Below, piece by piece: positions 47,279 to 56,181 of a DNA stretch of 64,000 bases (its first letter is position 1; every line of letters starts with the position of its first letter). Source of the stretch: Candidatus Gastranaerophilales bacterium (GTDB lineage Bacteria > Cyanobacteriota > Vampirovibrionia > Gastranaerophilales > Gastranaerophilaceae); assembly GCA_905234865.1 (NCBI GenBank), contig CAJOJE010000001.1, positions 114,021-178,020 of the forward strand, read 5' to 3'. A program made the position numbers and the translations under genes. The notes below the pieces were generated by a model. The model did not search any database. It had not been told where the DNA came from and saw nothing but the letters and a program-made list of their open reading frames with translations.

Positions 47279-47911
47279 ATGAGTATTCCTGACAAAGTTG
47301 TAAATCGTTTAACCTTATATCATTTTATTCTTGATGATTTAAGAGAAGATGAACAATATATTTCAAGTTCAAAAATTGCACAATTATTAAAACTTGATAA
47401 TTCGCAAATAAGAAAAGACTTGAAATATCTTGATAAACCGGGTAAGGCTCGTTTAGGATATGATGCAAAAATTCTTAAAAAAGCAATAGAAGAAAAACTT
47501 GGTTTTAAGCAAACTAAAGACGCATTTATAATCGGAGCAGGTAATTTAGGTTCAGCTCTTGTAAAATACTCCAATTTTCAAGATTACGGTTTAAATGTTC
47601 TCGCTATGTTTGATAGCGATCCGAATAAAATTGGAACAACAATAAACGGAAAAGAAGTTTTTAATATAACAAAAGTAGGAAATTTATCCCAAAGATTAGG
47701 TGTTGATATTGCAATATTGACCGTTCCGAGAGAATCGGCAAAGAGTGTTGCAAACTATCTGGCAGGTTCAGGAATAAAGTATATTTGGAATTTTACCACT
47801 TGTATATTAGATGTTCCTGAAGATGTACATGTTTGGAACGAAAACCTAATTGGAAATTTTTTACAATTCACAAATAATGACGAGGTTAAAAATAAGAAAA
47901 ATGGCAAATGA
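47279..47911 (+). CDS. rex: redox-sensing transcriptional repressor Rex
   Basis: N-terminal winged-helix (NRLTLYHFIL..SSSKIAQLL), Rossmann fold GAGNLGSAL, 210 aa. Confidence 0.9.
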   Translation: MSIPDKVVNRLTLYHFILDDLREDEQYISSSKIAQLLKLDNSQIRKDLKYLDKPGKARLGYDAKILKKAIEEKLGFKQTKDAFIIGAGNLGSALVKYSNFQDYGLNVLAMFDSDPNKIGTTINGKEVFNITKVGNLSQRLGVDIAILTVPRESAKSVANYLAGSGIKYIWNFTTCILDVPEDVHVWNENLIGNFLQFTNNDEVKNKKNGK

Positions 47912-48134
47912 AATTAAAGTTTGTATGGGTAGTGCCTGTTTTGCAAAAGGCAACCAAGAAAATTTAGAATTTATTAAACAATATATTGAAGAAAACAATT
48001 TAGAATCCGTTGTGACAATCACAGGCTCATTATGTGAAGGCAAATGTGATATCGGACCAAGAATTATTGTTAATGATAAAGAATACACAAATGTTACAAC
48101 CGAAGATTTAGAAAAAATATTAAAGGGGCTCTAA
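47901..48134 (+). CDS. thioredoxin-like [2Fe-2S] ferredoxin (NuoE/HndA-like)
   Basis: Start placed at MANEIKVC. Cys pattern C-x4-C ... C-x3-C (CMGSAC ... CEGKC). Overlaps the rex stop by 11 nt. Confidence 0.75.
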   Translation: MANEIKVCMGSACFAKGNQENLEFIKQYIEENNLESVVTITGSLCEGKCDIGPRIIVNDKEYTNVTTEDLEKILKGL

Positions 48135-48135
48135 T

Positions 48136-49875
48136 ATGGAAAAACAATATCCTGTCTATACTCTAAAAAATGAATGTAATGACTGCTATAAGTGTATAAG
48201 AGGTTGTCATATAAAAGCGATTAAAATTCAACAAGGCTCTGCTTCGGTTATAAATGAAAAATGTATAGCTTGCGGACATTGTGTAAAAGTTTGCCCCGCA
48301 GGAGCAAAAAGAGTAAGAAGTGATATTGATAAAGTTAAAACACTATTAATTGCCGGTAAAAAAGTATATGTATCACTCGCTCCAAGTTGGGCAGGTGTTT
48401 ATAATATCCCAAAAGAAAGAATGATAGCAGTTCTTAAAAAACTTGGCTTTGCAGGTGTATCTGAAACAGCACTCGGAGCTCAAGAAGTTTCTATTCAAAC
48501 TGCTAAAATGTTAAATAATGCACAGAAAGGTTTATTTATATCATCGGCTTGTCCTGTTATTGATGATTATGTAAGACTTTATAAACCGGAGTTTGCAAAA
48601 TGTATAACCCCTGTTGCTTCCCCTGCTTTAACGCATTGTGCCTTATTAAAAGATATGTTAGGTGAAGATATAAAAGTTGTATTTATAGGACCATGCATAG
48701 CAAAGAAAAATGAAGCTGATGAACACCCTGATTTAATGAGTGCGGCTTTAACATTTGACGAATTAAACTATTGGATAAAAGAAGAATTTATTGATGTTGA
48801 AAATATAGAAACCGATGAAAGCTGCCATTTTGTTCCAGAAAGTTCTTATGAAGGAGCTTTATATCCTATTGAAGGCGGTATGAATGAAACAATTAAAAGA
48901 GTCGGTATTGAAAAAGATGATGTAACATTTATTGCAGTAAGTTCTTTGGAAGATTTTGATAAATCACTACAAAACATAAATCCTGACAAAGTTGAAAATA
49001 AGATTTTTGTTGAAGCATTAGGTTGTTCAGGCGGTTGTATAAACGGTCCTTGCTTATCAAGTGATAAATCAAGAATTCTGATTACATCAGATATTTATGC
49101 AAATACTCAATACAGAAATGAAGTTCCGAAAGAGCCAAGAAAAGTTGTTGAAATCGAATATATACCAAACCCGGTTGAAAAATTGGAATATTCTCTTGAA
49201 CAGGTTTCAAATGCACTTAAAAAGATAAGCAAACACTCGGAAGAAGATGAGCTTAACTGTTCAGGATGCGGATACGCAAGCTGCCGAGAATTTGTTAATG
49301 CACTTATTGCAGGAGATGCAGAACCTTCTCAATGCGTTTCTTATATGAGAAAAATAGCAGTAAGAAAAGCAGCTGCAATGTTAAGATGTATGCCTTCTGC
49401 CGTTGTTATTGTTGATTCTGATTTGCAAATCGTTGAAGCAAATGATTCATTTGAACACATGTTTTTATCCGAAGAAATGTATGAAGTATTTACATCTCGT
49501 CAAGACGGTATGACAGGTGCTTGTATAGATAGAATTGTTCCATTCCCTGAACTCTTTAAATCAGCTCTCGATACAGGCAAAGAAATTCATCAGGAGCACT
49601 ATGCAATAAAAGATAAAGTATATGACATAAGCATATTTACTATTGAAGATAATGAACTTGTTGGTGCCGTAATTTCTTATGTTACAAAATCAGAAATTGA
49701 TAGATCAAAAATTGCACAAAAAGCAAGAGAAGTTATTACCAAAAATATTGCAACTGTTCAGGAAATCGCAAGTTTATTGGGTGAACATATGGTTGAAACA
49801 GAACTGCTTTTAAGTTCTATCGCTGAAGGTTATGAAGGAGCAAACAAAGGAACAAACGAAGGGGATAAGAAGTAA
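48136..49875 (+). CDS. putative sensory [FeFe]-hydrogenase (HydS-type) with C-terminal PAS domain
   Basis: Two N-terminal 4Fe-4S motifs. H-cluster motifs are SSACP, GPCIAKKNE and GCSGGCINGP. An extra Cx2Cx4Cx16C motif is followed by a PAS-like domain. Confidence 0.85.
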   Translation: MEKQYPVYTLKNECNDCYKCIRGCHIKAIKIQQGSASVINEKCIACGHCVKVCPAGAKRVRSDIDKVKTLLIAGKKVYVSLAPSWAGVYNIPKERMIAVLKKLGFAGVSETALGAQEVSIQTAKMLNNAQKGLFISSACPVIDDYVRLYKPEFAKCITPVASPALTHCALLKDMLGEDIKVVFIGPCIAKKNEADEHPDLMSAALTFDELNYWIKEEFIDVENIETDESCHFVPESSYEGALYPIEGGMNETIKRVGIEKDDVTFIAVSSLEDFDKSLQNINPDKVENKIFVEALGCSGGCINGPCLSSDKSRILITSDIYANTQYRNEVPKEPRKVVEIEYIPNPVEKLEYSLEQVSNALKKISKHSEEDELNCSGCGYASCREFVNALIAGDAEPSQCVSYMRKIAVRKAAAMLRCMPSAVVIVDSDLQIVEANDSFEHMFLSEEMYEVFTSRQDGMTGACIDRIVPFPELFKSALDTGKEIHQEHYAIKDKVYDISIFTIEDNELVGAVISYVTKSEIDRSKIAQKAREVITKNIATVQEIASLLGEHMVETELLLSSIAEGYEGANKGTNEGDKK

Positions 49876-51032
49876 TGTTCATTGATATAGCTTGTTCACA
49901 AAAAAAGAAATATAACCAAAATGCTTATGGAGACTTCTTTGCTTCAAACAGATTCCCTAATATGAACAGAGTCGTTGCGGTATTATCCGACGGTCTTGGA
50001 AGCGGAATTAAAGCAAACATCCTTGCTTGTATGACTTCAACTATGCTTCTTAAATTTATGGAAAGCCATTCTGATATAGAAAAATCTTGTGAAATCATTA
50101 TGAACTCATTACCTGTTTGTAAAGTCAGAGGTATTAGTTATTCAACATTTTCTGCGATTGATTGTTTTGAGGACGGCAAAGCAAAAATAGTTGAAGAAGG
50201 AAACCCTGATTTTATTTGGATAAGAAATGGTGAAGTTTTGAAACCGGAATACCAAACAATTCAATCAAAAGACTTTAAAAACAGAAAAATGAAAGTTTAT
50301 AATATTAAACTTGAAAAATACGATAGAATTATTTTCTGCTCAGATGGTGCGACACAAGTTGCAATGGGAACGAAAGAATATCCTTTAGGGTTAGAGAGAA
50401 ACGGACTTATAAAAATTATTCTGCGTAAGTTAGAGGCTGATCCTGAAATATCATCAAAAGATTTAAGCGAATTTTTGGTTAAACAAATAGAATTTATTGC
50501 TCCAAAAAGAGAACTCAAAGATGATACTTCAATTCTATCTATTTATTGCAGAGACCCAAGAGAGTCTTTAATATTTACAGGACCACCTTTCCATAGTGAA
50601 AAAGATAGTTTCTATGCTAAAACATTTATGGAATTCAATGGTAAAAAAGCAATTTCAGGCGGAACAACAGCTAACATTATTTCAAGAGAACTTAATATTC
50701 CTGTTGTTGCTGATATGTCCACAAACAGAGGTAAACTTCCCGGATTATTAAAAATGGAAGGTGTTGATTTGGTTACGGAAGGGATTTTGACACTAACCAA
50801 GACATTAGAATATCTGCGCATGGGTGAAAGTGAGAACGATGCTGCAAGAACATTAATGAATTTCTTACTTGATTCTGATGTAATAAGTTTCTTGGTTGGA
50901 GCTCAAATGAATAAAGCACACTACGATCCGAACCTGCCTATTGAAATTGAAATCAGAAAAAATATTATAAAACAAATGGCAAAAGTTTTAGAAGAAAAAT
51001 ATCTGAAAAAAGTAGAGGTACAATTTATATAG
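49875..51032 (+). CDS. PP2C/SpoIIE-family serine phosphatase
   Basis: NAYGDFF..VAVLSDGLGSGIKANI.. and ..IIFCSDG.. ..DDTSIL.. metal-binding Asp blocks. TAATG overlap with the hydS-like gene. Confidence 0.8.
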   Translation: MFIDIACSQKKKYNQNAYGDFFASNRFPNMNRVVAVLSDGLGSGIKANILACMTSTMLLKFMESHSDIEKSCEIIMNSLPVCKVRGISYSTFSAIDCFEDGKAKIVEEGNPDFIWIRNGEVLKPEYQTIQSKDFKNRKMKVYNIKLEKYDRIIFCSDGATQVAMGTKEYPLGLERNGLIKIILRKLEADPEISSKDLSEFLVKQIEFIAPKRELKDDTSILSIYCRDPRESLIFTGPPFHSEKDSFYAKTFMEFNGKKAISGGTTANIISRELNIPVVADMSTNRGKLPGLLKMEGVDLVTEGILTLTKTLEYLRMGESENDAARTLMNFLLDSDVISFLVGAQMNKAHYDPNLPIEIEIRKNIIKQMAKVLEEKYLKKVEVQFI

Positions 51033-51102
51033 ATTGTGCCGCAGAAACAAAAATGTTGAATTTTTGTTTCGAGGTACACAAATTAATAAAAGGAGTCAAA
51101 AA

Positions 51103-51363
51103 ATGGAAAAGATTTCAGTAAAAGTATGTACAGGAACAACCTGTTTCGTAATGGGTGGAGCTAATTTGCAAGAATTACACGACATTATTCCGAAAAAATA
51201 TGGTGATAAAGTTGAACTTACTGCTTCAAATTGCTTGGGATTATGCTCTATAAATTGGGAATATTCAAAAGCACCTTATGTTAAAGTTAATGAAGAAGTT
51301 GTATCTGAAGCAACTGCTGAAAAAGTTATAGAAGAAATAGACAGACAACTTGCAAAACAATAG
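51103..51363 (+). CDS. thioredoxin-like [2Fe-2S] ferredoxin (second copy)
   Basis: Start placed at MEKISVKVC, preceded by AAAGGAG. Cys pattern CTGTTC ... CLGLC. Confidence 0.75.
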   Translation: MEKISVKVCTGTTCFVMGGANLQELHDIIPKKYGDKVELTASNCLGLCSINWEYSKAPYVKVNEEVVSEATAEKVIEEIDRQLAKQ

Positions 51364-51373
51364 GAATTTTTAA

Positions 51374-52828
51374 ATGAATAATTTAGGACAAGCGATACAC
51401 ATAAAAAAAGAAATTTTAGTCAGAATAATTAAGGCTTTTTTATCCGATGATTTTGAACATCAGGCAAGACTAATTCCTTATGATATGCGACCAAAAGGAA
51501 TGGAAGTCCCTTATAGGTGTTGTGTTTATAAAGAACGTGCCATTATAAAAGACAGAACTATTGCAGGACTCGGTTTCCCTATTGAAGAAGATGATGAAAG
51601 AGTATCGCTATCCGATTATGCAAAACAAGCATTAGAAAGAACTCAAATCAGCGAAAAGAATTTGACCGTTCTTCAAGCCGCTTGTAAGGGTTGTGCTACC
51701 AATAGAATTTATGTAACTGATTTATGTCAGGGCTGTGTTGCAAGACCTTGCCAAACCACTTGTAAATTCGGTGCAATTTCTATTGTAAACGGAAGATCCG
51801 TTATTGATGATACAAAATGCAAAAAATGTCAGATGTGCGTTAATGCTTGTCCTTATAAAGCTATTGTAAAAATTTCAGTTCCCTGTGAAGATTCCTGTCC
51901 TGTCGGAGCAATAAAGAAAGATGAAACAGGGTTTGCAAGCATAGATTATGATAAATGTATAAATTGCGGAAGATGTACTGCCGCTTGTCCGTTTGGTGCG
52001 GTTCACGAAAGAAGTCAAATTATTGATATATTAAAAGCAATTAAATCCGATAAAAAAGTAATCGCAATGATAGCACCTTCAATAATCGGTCAATTCCCCG
52101 GAAACATTTATCAATTAAAAACAGCAATAATAAATTCAGGTTTTGATGATGTTTATGAAGTTGCTCAAGGAGCAGATGTTACGGCAAATACAGAAGCAAA
52201 AGAATTTATTGAAAGAATGGAAGAAGGTCAAAACTTTATGACAACTTCTTGCTGTGCCGGATATAATCAACTAATCAAGAAACACTTGAGTGAAATTAAG
52301 CCGTTTGTATCTGATACAAAGACTCCTCTATACTATACGGCTGAAATAGTGAAAAAAGAACACAGTAACGCAGTTACCGTTTTTGTAAGTCCATGTGTTG
52401 CAAAACGTGCAGAAGGATATGAAAACCCAAATGTCGATTATGTTATGAGTTATGAAGAACTTGGTGCTTTATTTGTTGCAAAGAAAATTCAAATTACAGA
52501 ATTGGAAGAAAGCAAATATATTGTTGAATCTTCTAAACAAGGTCGTAATTTTGGATATTCAGGCGGTGTAGCCGAATCAGTTAAAAAATCTCTTAAAGAT
52601 GAAGATTCTGTTAAGCCCTGTATAATAAACGGATTAAATAAAGACAGTATAAAACAGTTAAAGAAATATGCAGCAAGCGGAGTTTGCGAAGGCTGTAATT
52701 TGGTTGAAGTTATGTGCTGTGAAGGCGGTTGCATTGGCGGTAATGCAACATTAAATAATCAAAAAACCGCCAAAAAGTTAATTGATAATTTTACTCAAAA
52801 CAGTGAAGATATTAAAAAGGTAGAATAA
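51374..52828 (+). CDS. [FeFe]-hydrogenase, catalytic type with multiple N-terminal 4Fe-4S motifs
   Basis: H-cluster motifs TSCCAG, SPCVAKRAE and EVMCCEGGCIGG. Several CxxCxxCxxxCP ferredoxin motifs. 484 aa. Confidence 0.88.
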   Translation: MNNLGQAIHIKKEILVRIIKAFLSDDFEHQARLIPYDMRPKGMEVPYRCCVYKERAIIKDRTIAGLGFPIEEDDERVSLSDYAKQALERTQISEKNLTVLQAACKGCATNRIYVTDLCQGCVARPCQTTCKFGAISIVNGRSVIDDTKCKKCQMCVNACPYKAIVKISVPCEDSCPVGAIKKDETGFASIDYDKCINCGRCTAACPFGAVHERSQIIDILKAIKSDKKVIAMIAPSIIGQFPGNIYQLKTAIINSGFDDVYEVAQGADVTANTEAKEFIERMEEGQNFMTTSCCAGYNQLIKKHLSEIKPFVSDTKTPLYYTAEIVKKEHSNAVTVFVSPCVAKRAEGYENPNVDYVMSYEELGALFVAKKIQITELEESKYIVESSKQGRNFGYSGGVAESVKKSLKDEDSVKPCIINGLNKDSIKQLKKYAASGVCEGCNLVEVMCCEGGCIGGNATLNNQKTAKKLIDNFTQNSEDIKKVE

Positions 52829-53080
52829 ATGAGTGTATTTGAAGCAGGAATGATGATTTGTTTCGGTGTAAGCTGGCCTATTGCGGCTTGCAAAACATAC
52901 AAAGCAAAGAGTGTAAAAGGTAAAAGTTTAACATTTTCCTGCTTAATTCTTGTCGGTTATATTTGCGGAGTCATACATAAAATCTTTTTCTATTATGATT
53001 GGGTTTTATGGCTTTATGTATTGAATATGTTTTTCTTGCTTACTGATATGTTTTTACATTTAAAATACAGAAATAAGTAG
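52829..53080 (+). CDS. small three-TM membrane protein (PQ-loop/SemiSWEET-like?)
   Basis: 83 aa whose ATG directly follows the hydrogenase stop. The SWPIAACKTYKAKSVKGKSL segment is reminiscent of PQ-loop motifs, but this assignment is weak. Confidence 0.45.
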   Translation: MSVFEAGMMICFGVSWPIAACKTYKAKSVKGKSLTFSCLILVGYICGVIHKIFFYYDWVLWLYVLNMFFLLTDMFLHLKYRNK

Positions 53081-53293
53081 TTTGTGTTTATTATAAAAAG
53101 GGGCGTGTATGGTGTCAATTAACAAATCTGAAAAAGAAATTAAAAAGATAAAAACAAATCAGGATACAATGATGATTTTTCAAAATATCTTGAAAATCAG
53201 ACAAATAAAACTACCGTAAACGGTCAAGATATAAAGCCGTTTTCGTGGTATAAGAAAATTTTAGGACTAATGAAATAAGAAAGAGGGGCTAAA

Positions 53294-54487
53294 ATGATAA
53301 ATTGGGAAAATGATTTAAACATTAATGAAGTCAGAGAAATCAGAACAAGAACAACAGTTTACTTTGGCTGTGGTGCCATTCAGAAGATAAATGATATTGC
53401 AAAAATCTATGCTGAACGAGGAATAAATAAAGTTGTTGTTATGTCAGGCAGAAACGCATATAAATCAACAGGTGCGTGGGGATTTGTTGAGAAAGCTCTT
53501 AAAGACAATAAAATTGAATACATAAATTATGATAAAGTTACACCAAACCCGACAACCGATGCTATTGACGAAGCAACCGCATTGGCTCGTGATTTTGGGG
53601 CAAAAGCAGTTATTACAATAGGCGGTGGTTCACCGACTGATGCCGGAAAATCTGTTGCAATTCTTTTAAAATACCCGAATGAAACAGGTAGCAGCTTGTA
53701 TGAATTCAAATTCACACCGACAAAAGCCGTTCCTATTGTTGCAATTAATTTAACTCACGGAACAGGAAGTGAAACAAACAGATTTGCAGTTGCAACAATT
53801 TTAGAAAAGAATTATAAACCTGCTATCGCTTACGATTGTATTTACCCTGAATTTGCTATTGATGATCCTGATTTGATGATAGGACTATCGCCAAAACAAA
53901 CAAGATATGTTTCAATAGATGCAGTTAATCACGTAATAGAAGCTGCAACATCAACAGTTGCTTCACCATATTCTGTAACATTAGCAAGACAAGTAATTGA
54001 ACTTGTCGGGAAATATCTGCCAAAAGCGATTCAAAATCCTGCTGATAAAGAAGCAAGATACTACTTGTGTTACGCTGCTTTAATGGGCGGAGTTTGCTTT
54101 GATAACGGATTATTACATTATACTCACGCACTTGAACACCCATTGAGTGCTATGAAACCTGATTTTTCACATGGTTTAGGATTGGCTATTTTACTTCCTG
54201 CCGTTATTAAAAATATTTATCCTGCCAAAGCAGAAACTTTGCAATATATACTTGAACCTATTGTCAAAGATACTACAGATGCTCAAAAAACAGCAGAAGG
54301 TGTTTATGAATGGCTTAAATCTGTTGACGTTCCAAACAAGCTAAAAGATGAAGGATTTAGTGAAGCTGATGTTGAAAAATTAACAGAACTTGCGTTTACT
54401 ACACCTTCTCTGGATGGCTTATTAGGAATAGCACCGACAAAAGCAACAAAAGAAGCTGTATCTACTATTTATAGAGAGTCATTATAG
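53294..54487 (+). CDS. iron-containing alcohol dehydrogenase
   Basis: GGGSPTDAGK motif, conserved His cluster (HALEHPLS..HG), 397 aa. Confidence 0.9.
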   Translation: MINWENDLNINEVREIRTRTTVYFGCGAIQKINDIAKIYAERGINKVVVMSGRNAYKSTGAWGFVEKALKDNKIEYINYDKVTPNPTTDAIDEATALARDFGAKAVITIGGGSPTDAGKSVAILLKYPNETGSSLYEFKFTPTKAVPIVAINLTHGTGSETNRFAVATILEKNYKPAIAYDCIYPEFAIDDPDLMIGLSPKQTRYVSIDAVNHVIEAATSTVASPYSVTLARQVIELVGKYLPKAIQNPADKEARYYLCYAALMGGVCFDNGLLHYTHALEHPLSAMKPDFSHGLGLAILLPAVIKNIYPAKAETLQYILEPIVKDTTDAQKTAEGVYEWLKSVDVPNKLKDEGFSEADVEKLTELAFTTPSLDGLLGIAPTKATKEAVSTIYRESL

Positions 54488-54504
54488 GTATGTAAATTTA
54501 CCAG

Positions 54505-54535
54505 AGCACCCGATGTATTTCGGGTGCTTTATCAT
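54505..54535 (+). terminator. rho-independent terminator after Fe-ADH
   Basis: AGCACCCG / CGGGTGCT stem followed by a T-rich tail. Confidence 0.6.
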
Positions 54536-54947
54536 TCCATTCCCAAAATTTCTCTTTCAATTTGTCGAACAATATCCGGAGATAAGCAGCCTGTTGGTTT
54601 TTGTTTGGGAGTTTGTTCTTGTTGCAGAGAGTCTGTATATTGTTTTACAAGCGGAATCTCTTTTAAAATATTTATCAGTGAATATATTTCCGGAGGAGGA
54701 GTTTTTTGATTATTATCAATATCCGTAGATATTTTCTGCATCATTTTTCTTGCAAAATCAAGCAACTCCTCGCTGAAGCGATATTTTGTATGCTCAACTT
54801 CAAATCGCTTTTCATCCCATTTGTATTCCTTTTTCCAATAAAATAAAATCCTGCGAGAAAGACCTAGTTCCAAACCAATCTCTGCCAGAGATTTTTGTCG
54901 TAAATGTACATATGTTCAGCTTGTGTCAGTTGGTTGTATTTTGTCAT
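54532..54947 (-). pseudogene. HTH DNA-binding gene split by a frameshift in an A5 run
   Basis: An ATG at 54947 opens a 27-codon frame (MTKYNQLTQAEHMYIYDKN..) that ends at a TAG at 54866-54864. The track ORF (54532-54873) begins in the middle of an HTH (..SLAEIGLELGLSRRILFYWKKEYKWDE) in another frame. One extra A at 54892-54896 would fuse the two. Confidence 0.5.
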
Positions 54948-54949
54948 CG

Positions 54950-55504
54950 TTATACCTCAAAAATTATTCTGTCTAAACTGTATTCATTCTTTTCTGTCAG
55001 CCGTTTTACATAAAAATTTGTGTAATTTTTAATCAAACCTTCTGCTTTACAGTATTTTAAAAATTGTTTTAATAAAGCCATTGTATTTTTTAACCTTCTT
55101 GGCTTAAAATCTCTTTCTAAAAATGCGTTATGAATAGCAATAATATCCTTTGTTTCAAATTTAGTAATGCTATTTTTCTTTAAAATCGGTATAATATCTA
55201 ATTTAAAAGCTGCTTTATAAATTCTGTTTGTTTTCTTGGAACAGTATTTTGCAACATAATTATTTATGAAATATTGAACGGCATCTTCTATTGTTATTAC
55301 GACTTTTTTGTTTGAATTATCAATAAATACACCGAATTTTAATCTTTCATCAGTTTCAACGTATTTATACAAACCCTGTTCAAAGACTATTTTACCCTCA
55401 TTCAAAAGGTGTTCAAGTTCTGTTTTACAATCGCATTCTGCAATCATTTCGATTTCATCAAGAGTAAATTCTTTTAAATGTTGCGCCAATTTTTCTATGT
55501 TCAT
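54950..55504 (-). CDS. stand-alone phage-integrase N-terminal SAM-like (core-binding) domain protein
   Basis: Residues from about 70-165 (TIEDAVQYFINNYV..KKTNRIYKAAFKLDIIPIL..ITKFETKDIIAIHNAFL..RRLKNTMALLKQFLKYCKAEGLI) follow the tyrosine-recombinase core-binding pattern. There is no catalytic R..HxxR..Y domain. Confidence 0.5.
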   Translation of the reverse strand: MNIEKLAQHLKEFTLDEIEMIAECDCKTELEHLLNEGKIVFEQGLYKYVETDERLKFGVFIDNSNKKVVITIEDAVQYFINNYVAKYCSKKTNRIYKAAFKLDIIPILKKNSITKFETKDIIAIHNAFLERDFKPRRLKNTMALLKQFLKYCKAEGLIKNYTNFYVKRLTEKNEYSLDRIIFEV

Positions 55505-56181
55505 ATTATTTGACTTATGACCTCCATATTTATTTCTGTTAAATTATTATCTTTAGCAAATGTTTCCATTTGGTTTATCAATTGAGCAATTTGCCTGAAC
55601 CTATTAAATTTTGAATGTATATATTCAACAGCATCGGGGGTAAATTTTATTTCTGATAATTGGTTAATAATCTGAGATAAATCATTCACTCCAAAGGTTT
55701 CAAATTTTAAAATCTCCGAGAATCTGTCATAAAGATGCTTGTATCTTTCGAGTTTTCTGTGTGCCAAACCCATTCCGATAAAAATTATCGGACAGCCGGT
55801 TTCATCGTGAATATCACGCAGAGTTTCAATTGTTTTGTAGTTATTCATCAAATAATCAATTTCATCAATAAAAATTATCTGCGGATTTTGTTTCAGCTTT
55901 TTAACCACAATATTAAAATTATCAGAAGTCAAAAATCTTGGAATCTCGTCAAGTTCTTTAACCATCTCTTCCAAGAGCCATCTGCCTGTCATAAGATTAG
56001 ATGCTCTTAAATAAATTCCGTCGTACTTGCATGCAAGCCATAATGCAGTTTGAGATTTTCCAAGTCCTGGCTCACCGTAAACAAGTCCCATCTTAGGAAT
56101 ATTCTTTGGTTTATTTATCAAATTTTCAACTAATCCGATAAAGTTTTTCACATTTTGCGTTTTTACAAAAATCTTATTCAT
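55501..56181 (-). CDS. AAA+ transposition ATPase (MuB/TniB/TnsC-like)
   Basis: Walker A GEPGLGKS and Walker B IIFIDEID. Overlaps the transposase stop. Confidence 0.8.
   Translation of the reverse strand: MNKIFVKTQNVKNFIGLVENLINKPKNIPKMGLVYGEPGLGKSQTALWLACKYDGIYLRASNLMTGRWLLEEMVKELDEIPRFLTSDNFNIVVKKLKQNPQIIFIDEIDYLMNNYKTIETLRDIHDETGCPIIFIGMGLAHRKLERYKHLYDRFSEILKFETFGVNDLSQIINQLSEIKFTPDAVEYIHSKFNRFRQIAQLINQMETFAKDNNLTEINMEVISQII

Noticed and set aside
53110-53279. Short ORF (about 36 aa, MVSINKSEKEIKK...) plus an overlapping out-of-frame continuation between the membrane ORF and the Fe-ADH gene
   Set aside because: It is too short and K-rich to support as a gene. It is possibly a degraded remnant, and no family is recognisable.
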